This document shows positions 58,619 to 64,000 of a stretch of 64,000 bases of DNA, piece after piece (the first letter of the stretch is position 1; every line of letters starts with the position of its first letter). The translations under genes and the position numbers were made by a program. The notes under the pieces are model-generated. The model was not told the origin of the DNA and ran no database searches. It saw only the letters and a program-made list of their open reading frames with translations. Source of the stretch: Gemmatimonadales bacterium. Its GTDB lineage: Bacteria; Gemmatimonadota; Gemmatimonadetes; Gemmatimonadales; GWC2-71-9. Location of the stretch: NCBI GenBank assembly GCA_041615815.1, contig JBFJCP010000011.1, positions 1 to 64,000 on the forward strand, written 5' to 3'.

Positions 58619-59832
58619 TGCTTTTCGGCGAGATCATCGGGGTGGCCCTTGGCGCGATTCGGGCCAACAAGCTGCGATCGTTTCTCACCGCGCTCGGCAT
58701 CGTGATCGGCGTGGGCGCCGTCATCACCATGGTTTCCTTGGGGAACGGCGCGCAGAAGGCCGTGCAAGAACAGATCGAATCCCTCGGAACCAACCTTCTG
58801 TCGATCTACCCCGGTCAGCGGTTTCGGGGAGGAGTGGCGAGTCAGGACCGTGAAAGCCTCACGTCAGACGACGCCGCCGCGCTCGAGCGCGATGCACGGG
58901 GCCTCTCCTCGGTGGTCCCGGAGCTTCGCGCCAACAAGCAGGTCAAGTACGGCAATCAGAACCTCAACGTGAGCGTCACCGGCACGGTCACAGCCTACGC
59001 TCCGGTGAACAAATACGAGGTAGCCGTGGGATCGATGTTCACGGCTGGCGACGAAGCCGCGCGGAAGCGGGTGGCGGTGCTGGGCTACGCCATACCCATC
59101 ATGTTGAACATCCGGCCTGAGATGCTCGTCGGCAAACAGGTGGACATCGGTGGCGTTCCTTTCGACATCATCGGGGTGCTGGCAGAAAAGGGCGCCCAGG
59201 GAAGCTGGCGCAACCCCGATGAGATCATTCTCGTTCCGCTCCAGACCGCACAGTTCCGGCTCATGGGAACGGACAGGCTGGGGTCGATTACGGTGGAAGT
59301 GGCCTACAGCGACTCGATCGCCACGGCAATGCTGGAGATCGAGCGCGTCATGCGGCGCGAGCATGCCATCCCCCCCGGTGGCGACAACGACTTTCAGATT
59401 CTCAGGCGCTCGCAGTTCCTCGCGACCCTCGAGGATACGACCCAAACGTTCACCATCCTCCTCGCAAGCATCGCGGCGGTGAGCTTGCTGGTGGGTGGGA
59501 TCGGCATCATGAACATCATGCTCGTGTCGGTGACGGAGCGCACCCGCGAGATCGGGGTGCGTAAGGCCCTGGGCGCCACGCGAAAGAACATTCTGCTCCA
59601 GTTCCTCGTCGAGGCGCTCGTTCTCTGCATGCTCGGCGGCGTACTGGGCATCATGTTCGGCTCTGGCGGAGCCATCGCGCTGTCACGATTGGCCAACTGG
59701 AACACGTTGCTCTCGCCGGGCGCCATCGTCCTCGCCTTCTTCTTCAGCGCGGCCGTGGGCATCTTCTTCGGACTTTGGCCGGCCAAACGCGCAGCGGCGT
59801 TGGATCCGATAGAAGCGTTGCGATACGAATGA
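58618..59832 (+). CDS. MacB-family ABC transporter permease
   Basis: NKLRSFLTALGIVIGV, VGGIGIMNIMLVSVTERTREIGVRKALGA, LDPIEALRYE. Confidence 0.96.
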   Translation: MLFGEIIGVALGAIRANKLRSFLTALGIVIGVGAVITMVSLGNGAQKAVQEQIESLGTNLLSIYPGQRFRGGVASQDRESLTSDDAAALERDARGLSSVVPELRANKQVKYGNQNLNVSVTGTVTAYAPVNKYEVAVGSMFTAGDEAARKRVAVLGYAIPIMLNIRPEMLVGKQVDIGGVPFDIIGVLAEKGAQGSWRNPDEIILVPLQTAQFRLMGTDRLGSITVEVAYSDSIATAMLEIERVMRREHAIPPGGDNDFQILRRSQFLATLEDTTQTFTILLASIAAVSLLVGGIGIMNIMLVSVTERTREIGVRKALGATRKNILLQFLVEALVLCMLGGVLGIMFGSGGAIALSRLANWNTLLSPGAIVLAFFFSAAVGIFFGLWPAKRAAALDPIEALRYE

Positions 59833-59837
59833 CGACG

Positions 59838-59910
59838 CGGGGTGGGCAGCCGGGAGCCAGGAGCGGTGACCGATGAATCCCGCTTCCGGCTCCCCACTCC
59901 CCGCTCCCCG
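59838..59910. repeat. Heptamer-based inverted repeat spanning the thrB start
   Basis: GGCAGCC GGGAGCC AGGAGCG ... CGCTTCC GGCTCCC CACTCCC CGCTCCC. Confidence 0.65.
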
Positions 59911-60769
59911 CTTTCACGTCCGCGTCCCGGCCTCCACGTCCAACCTCGGCGCCGGGTTCGACTGCCTCGGCCTGGCGTTGGATCTATGGTTAGACGCCCG
60001 AGTCGTGCCTGGGGGCGGACCACCGGTCTACCGAGCCGCGCTCGCCGAATTGGCACCAGAGTCGGACATTGTCACCGGTCTCATCCGTGATCACCTTCCC
60101 ACCGATCACCACCTCGAGCTGACATCGGACATTCCAGTCGGACGCGGGCTCGGCTCGTCGGCCGCCGCGATCGTTGCCGGAATTGCACTCAAACATCTCT
60201 TGGAGGGCCAGCACGTGGATGAGGATCGCCTGTTCGAAGAGGCCAACACCCTCGAGGGACACCCCGATAACGTCGGACCGGCCGTCTACGGCGGGCTCGT
60301 CTGGTACACAAATCGGCCCAACCCGCTCACCATCCACCCGAGCCTCGCCATCGCGCTCGCGATTCCTCGGATCGCCGTCGACACGAAGCAGGCGCGGGCG
60401 ATGCTTCCCAAAGCCGTGAGTCGAGAGATCGCAGTTCGACAGGCCCGTGGTGCCGGTGCGTTGGTCCAGGGCTTGGTCACCGCCGATCCAGCGCTCATCG
60501 CTTTTGGCATGCAGGATCAGTTGGCGGTTCCCCACCGCCGCAAGCTCATACCCGGCTTCGACGCCGCGGTCGCGGCAGGTGAAGGGGCGGGAGCACACGG
60601 CGTGACCATTTCGGGTGCCGGCTCTACCGCGGTGGCGGTATGCCCCAACGCCCGTGCACGACCCGTGGCCGCCGCCATGGCCGCCGCGCTCACGAGCGCC
60701 GGCAACGATGCCCGTGCTCACCTTCCTCAGGTGTGTCCCACGGGATACGAGATCGCCACCACCCGCTGA
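59873..60769 (+). CDS. thrB: Homoserine kinase
   Basis: VPASTSNLGAGFDCLG, IPVGRGLGSSAAA, EGHPDN, ISGAGST. Confidence 0.93.
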   Translation: MNPASGSPLPAPRFHVRVPASTSNLGAGFDCLGLALDLWLDARVVPGGGPPVYRAALAELAPESDIVTGLIRDHLPTDHHLELTSDIPVGRGLGSSAAAIVAGIALKHLLEGQHVDEDRLFEEANTLEGHPDNVGPAVYGGLVWYTNRPNPLTIHPSLAIALAIPRIAVDTKQARAMLPKAVSREIAVRQARGAGALVQGLVTADPALIAFGMQDQLAVPHRRKLIPGFDAAVAAGEGAGAHGVTISGAGSTAVAVCPNARARPVAAAMAAALTSAGNDARAHLPQVCPTGYEIATTR

Positions 60770-60877
60770 GCACCATGGCGAATCCACTCACATGCTCCTG
60801 ACAAAGCTCGAACACGCCTCGGATCGTCAGCCGGCCTCCGAGGATTAGTTTTGCACCTGTCATCGCGGGAGAGCCGA

Positions 60878-61876
60878 TTGCACCGAACCCTTCTCGCCCT
60901 CGTGGCGTTCGCAACGGTCCTCGGCTGCCGCCAGGATGAGCGTTCGGCGTCCACCACCCAACACGAGGACGGCGATCGTGCGACCGTGGAGACCACCCCT
61001 TCCCCCCGAAGCGGCTTTGCACTCGCCTACAACGCACAGCGTGGTCGGCTGGTGTTGTTTGGGGGATCCGACTCCGCGAACCAACGTCTTGGCGACACGT
61101 GGGAGTGGGACGGGCGGCGATGGTCTCAACGGGAGGTGCCCGGGCCAGACCCACGCAGCGACGCACAGATGACGTACGACAGTCGGCGGCATCGCGTCGT
61201 ACTCTTCGGCGGGCTCACACCCGATGGCCGAATGGGCGATACGTGGGAGTATGATGGCTCTGCCTGGGCCCAAGTCGCGCACAGCGGCCCCAAGCCGCGC
61301 AACCTTGGCGCGATGGCGTTTGACGAGCAGCGCGGGCGCTCCGTGCTCTTTGGAGGCACCGGCCCGCAGCGGGAGCGTCTCGGTGGCACGTGGGAATGGG
61401 ATGGCGAGCACTGGTCGCAGCAAAGCGATTCCGGCCCAGAGCCACGGGGCGCACACGCCATGGCATACCACGCGACCCGGGCCGCCGTCATGCTGTTCGG
61501 CGGCTACGACGGGAGTGCCACCCGTAAGGACTTGTGGGCGTGGGACGGGACGGCGTGGACGGCGGTGATGGGAGCCGATGCGCCGGTGCGGCTGCACCAC
61601 GCTCTCGGCTATGACGCCGCCCGTGACCGGCTCGTGGTGTTCGGGGGGTTCGACGACGCGGGGCGGGTGGGTGATACGTGGGAATGGGATGGCGTGCGCT
61701 GGACGCAAGCTTCCAAGGATGGCCCACCGGCGCGGGCCGAGCATGATGGAGTGTTCGTCCCGGGTATGGGACTTCTCGTGTTCGGTGGGGTCGTTGGTCA
61801 GGGAATGGCGCTTGCCGAGCGCGTCAAGGTGGCAGACCTCTGGTTGTGGAATGGCATGACCTGGGAGAAGCGATAG
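60878..61876 (+). CDS. Kelch/galactose-oxidase-like beta-propeller lipoprotein
   Basis: VLGC lipobox; six repeats AYD..R.R.VLFGG...DTWEWDG..W; TTG start after GGGAGAG. Confidence 0.85.
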   Translation: MHRTLLALVAFATVLGCRQDERSASTTQHEDGDRATVETTPSPRSGFALAYNAQRGRLVLFGGSDSANQRLGDTWEWDGRRWSQREVPGPDPRSDAQMTYDSRRHRVVLFGGLTPDGRMGDTWEYDGSAWAQVAHSGPKPRNLGAMAFDEQRGRSVLFGGTGPQRERLGGTWEWDGEHWSQQSDSGPEPRGAHAMAYHATRAAVMLFGGYDGSATRKDLWAWDGTAWTAVMGADAPVRLHHALGYDAARDRLVVFGGFDDAGRVGDTWEWDGVRWTQASKDGPPARAEHDGVFVPGMGLLVFGGVVGQGMALAERVKVADLWLWNGMTWEKR

Positions 61877-61900
61877 CCTCCGATACGTCCCTTCCGGCCG

Positions 61901-62428
61901 CTACTGCCCTCTTTGCCTCCCATTCAACCACTCCAACCTCGCGCCGATCTGCTTGGCGTGATGCCGGCAATGCACGTAATGAAAACGCACCCATTCGGGG
62001 AGATTGAGGTCCCCCACGATGGGGTGCCGCACGAACCGTTCGAGCTGGCGACTCTCAGGCCATGTCTCGGACAGGACCGCCAGACGTTCTACTCCCATCC
62101 GGAACTGGGCCATCACCTGTTCGGGATCTGGCTCCTCATGGGGCTTGACGCGCTCGGGGGATTGAGCCCCGCTGGGGATCTTGCCGACTCCTAGCAACAA
62201 GTGACGGAGAATCGTCTGGTGCGGGGTTGCGCGCCGCTTCATGAGCGGCTTGTCCGCCCGTTGCTCGAACGCGGTGGCGACGAGATCGACGCCCATGGCA
62301 AGGTGCTGGAGAATTTGACAGACACTCCACTTTCCGTTGGGGGCCCGATGCCAGTCGGCTCCGGTCACCCCGTTCAGGGGCTCCAACACCAACGTGTCCA
62401 GACGCTCCAACTGATGACGTACTTTCAT
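61901..62428 (-). CDS. DinB/DUF1569 family protein
   Basis: P.GKWSVCQILQHL, HPIVG.L...EW.RFH..HCRHH.KQI. Confidence 0.85.
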   Translation of the reverse strand: MKVRHQLERLDTLVLEPLNGVTGADWHRAPNGKWSVCQILQHLAMGVDLVATAFEQRADKPLMKRRATPHQTILRHLLLGVGKIPSGAQSPERVKPHEEPDPEQVMAQFRMGVERLAVLSETWPESRQLERFVRHPIVGDLNLPEWVRFHYVHCRHHAKQIGARLEWLNGRQRGQ

Positions 62429-62871
62429 GGGGCACCACCTGTCATCGCGATGCATTCGATTTCGACCCGAGCGTCGAGAGCGAGGCCGCTCCCCGCTACC
62501 GTCGAGCGGGCCGGTGGATCCTTCATAAAGAACGTTCGATACACATCGTTCATGGCGGTGAATTCACCGATGTCTCGCAGGAACACCGTACACTTGACTA
62601 CCCGGTCCATAGAACTCCCCATTGCCTCCAACGCGGCCTTGATGTTCTCGAGCGTCTGACGCGTCTCCGGACCAATCCCTCCCGGAATGAGCTCCACCGT
62701 CCCCGGCAGCCTTCCTATCTCACCGGAGAGGAACAAGAGGTTACCAACACGCACCGCCGACGAAAACGGGAGCCCTGCAGGAGCACCGGGAAGCTGAATG
62801 ACTTCCTTCTCTTGAGCGTGTAGCGGTCCGGCAATCATCAACACGAATAGGATCCTCAGGAATCTCGGCAT
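62425..62871 (-). CDS. RidA/YjgF family protein with N-terminal signal peptide
   Basis: PFSSAVRVG.LLFLSGEIG, VVKCTVFL, MNDVY..FF...PPARSTV, VEIECIA. Confidence 0.9.
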   Translation of the reverse strand: MPRFLRILFVLMIAGPLHAQEKEVIQLPGAPAGLPFSSAVRVGNLLFLSGEIGRLPGTVELIPGGIGPETRQTLENIKAALEAMGSSMDRVVKCTVFLRDIGEFTAMNDVYRTFFMKDPPARSTVAGSGLALDARVEIECIAMTGGAP

Positions 62872-63019
62872 GTCTGTCTCACGGGTTCGACGGGTTTTCG
62901 GATCGGCGTCTCGTTTGCTTGGTCTTGCCTCATTCGCTACCCATGCTGCATCTACCAGCCCTGTATTCGGCAATCGGCACTCTCGTGGGTGCCCGTCCGC
63001 GCTTCACCTCTCAGCCTCG

Positions 63020-63274
63020 CTACATCTGTGCATCATCGATCGCCTTTACGATCGCATCGAAGAGCGCGGACTTGGGAGGCATGGCGCCCGTCTTGTCACG
63101 ATGGATGTACCACTGGCACATCTCCGCCATCGCCATCGCCTCATCGTCGGAGAGGGTGACCGAGTACCTGTCGGCGTCCTTTCGGGCATGGTCCACGCGT
63201 CGCCGGAGATTGTCGGGGATTTCCGGTGTGTTGCGGAGGGCGTCGAGCATCTCGGTGGTCATCTGCACTTCCAT
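63020..63274 (-). CDS. Small hypothetical protein
   Basis: GAGGAG SD before ATG 63274; 84 aa; co-oriented with neighbours. Confidence 0.6.
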   Translation of the reverse strand: MEVQMTTEMLDALRNTPEIPDNLRRRVDHARKDADRYSVTLSDDEAMAMAEMCQWYIHRDKTGAMPPKSALFDAIVKAIDDAQM

Positions 63275-63293
63275 GCGTAGCAACTCCTCTTGC

Positions 63294-63770
63294 TCATCGC
63301 TCCATCGAGCCCGTGACGGCGATTTTCCACCCTTGCCGCGTCCTGACGAACACCCGCTCCGAGATCCCCCTAGTCGTGTCTCCTTCGAGCACCGCGATGT
63401 ACTCGAACGCCGCCCAAACGACACCTGGCGCTATCCAGACCAGTGTGGGATCGCCGGCAATCAGCGTGTCCGGCCAGTCCGCGCTCGCTCTACGCGCTTC
63501 GGCAAACAGCAGATAGCCCCGGCGAATCCCTTCCGCGGTGGCGACCGCGAGGTCCGGCGAGTCCACGTAGTGCGCAAGATAGGTTTCCGCATCACGCTGA
63601 TGAATCGCCCCCAAGTTGCTTTCCAGAACCGCTGCCGCACCCGTCAGATCCTGCGCCCGCATGGCTTCGAGATTCGGACGGTTGCACGCCGCGGACACCA
63701 AGATCATGCCCATCGCGACACCGAATCGCCAGTGGGTGAGGGACGCCAGCCTCGTCCCGGAAACGGCCAC
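63294..63770 (-). CDS. NTF2/SnoaL-like domain lipoprotein
   Basis: SAAC lipobox-like motif; AIHQRD.E.YLAHY, VFVRT..GWKI; start uncertain (63713-63779). Confidence 0.7.
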   Translation of the reverse strand: MAVSGTRLASLTHWRFGVAMGMILVSAACNRPNLEAMRAQDLTGAAAVLESNLGAIHQRDAETYLAHYVDSPDLAVATAEGIRRGYLLFAEARRASADWPDTLIAGDPTLVWIAPGVVWAAFEYIAVLEGDTTRGISERVFVRTRQGWKIAVTGSMER

Positions 63771-63775
63771 GCCGC

Positions 63776-64000
63776 TCAATGCCGAGCCGTGGGAGCATCC
63801 CATGAGGGGTCGATTCCCCAGGCGTCGAGCATCTCGATTTGCGCGTTGCTCGGTGCTCGTTCTTGTTCGAGGCGCGCCGCCACCGCTTCGACGTCGCGCA
63901 TGACCCGAAGGGCATTGAGCCCGATCACCTTCTTGGCATCCTCGTCGCTCCATCCTCGGCGGAGCAGCTCGGCGATGAGCGCCGGAAAAGTCGAGACGTC
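63776..64000 (-). CDS. Membrane dipeptidase (M19) C-terminus, truncated by window edge
   Basis: Manual translation [38 protein letters not shown]...ARH*; not in the ORF track. Confidence 0.8.
   Translation of the reverse strand, partial: DVSTFPALIAELLRRGWSDEDAKKVIGLNALRVMRDVEAVAARLEQERAPSNAQIEMLDAWGIDPSWDAPTARH

Noticed and set aside
60770..60850. Short ORFs between thrB and the propeller gene (MANPLTCS, MLLTKLEHASDRQPASED)
   Set aside because: No SD, no motif and no supporting context
60878..61876. Recurring ACGTGGGAxTGGGAxGG DNA repeats suggesting a CRISPR or repeat array
   Set aside because: They encode the TWEWDG motif of beta-propeller blades in an intact ORF
1..64000. Mobile elements, prophage, defence systems, tRNA or rRNA genes
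   Set aside because: No integrase, transposase, phage, cas or structural RNA signatures recognised; composition looks uniform by eye

Overview
GC-rich, gene-dense bacterial chromosomal window. Gene content and style suggest Gemmatimonadota, but that is an inference. It holds about 65 CDS and no visible tRNA, rRNA, CRISPR array, prophage or transposase. From left to right: truncated sucA; a diheme cytochrome c lipoprotein; an HDAC-family deacetylase with a long extra C-terminal domain; Kelch/YggT/DUF167 genes; a SAM-II riboswitch ahead of metH-yitJ, facing a convergent stand-alone MTHFR-like gene; a MoxR/DUF58/DUF4350/DUF4129 cluster divergent from an RDD-SpoIIM fusion; a type IV minor-pilin operon with two tandem PilX-like paralogs behind a sigma54-like promoter; SCO/CtaG/CbiX/cupredoxin/NDH-2 genes; an OPT transporter and M42 peptidase; an ECF transporter with reciprocally degenerate ATPase motifs followed by two paralogous HEAT-repeat genes; an M28-MsrC-hydrolase-PolX-nth run; ArnT-like/AsnB/HD/cardiolipin synthase genes; an ECF sigma/anti-sigma/Spy-like/TolC/MacAB operon; thrB; and several small genes ending in a truncated M19 dipeptidase. 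The most notable items are the SAM-II leader with a long structured expression platform, the asymmetric ECF module coupled to HEAT proteins, the HDAC fusion, the duplicated PilX-like genes, and short-period palindromic repeats, one of them inserted in frame. All calls come from motif recognition by eye; no database searches were run.
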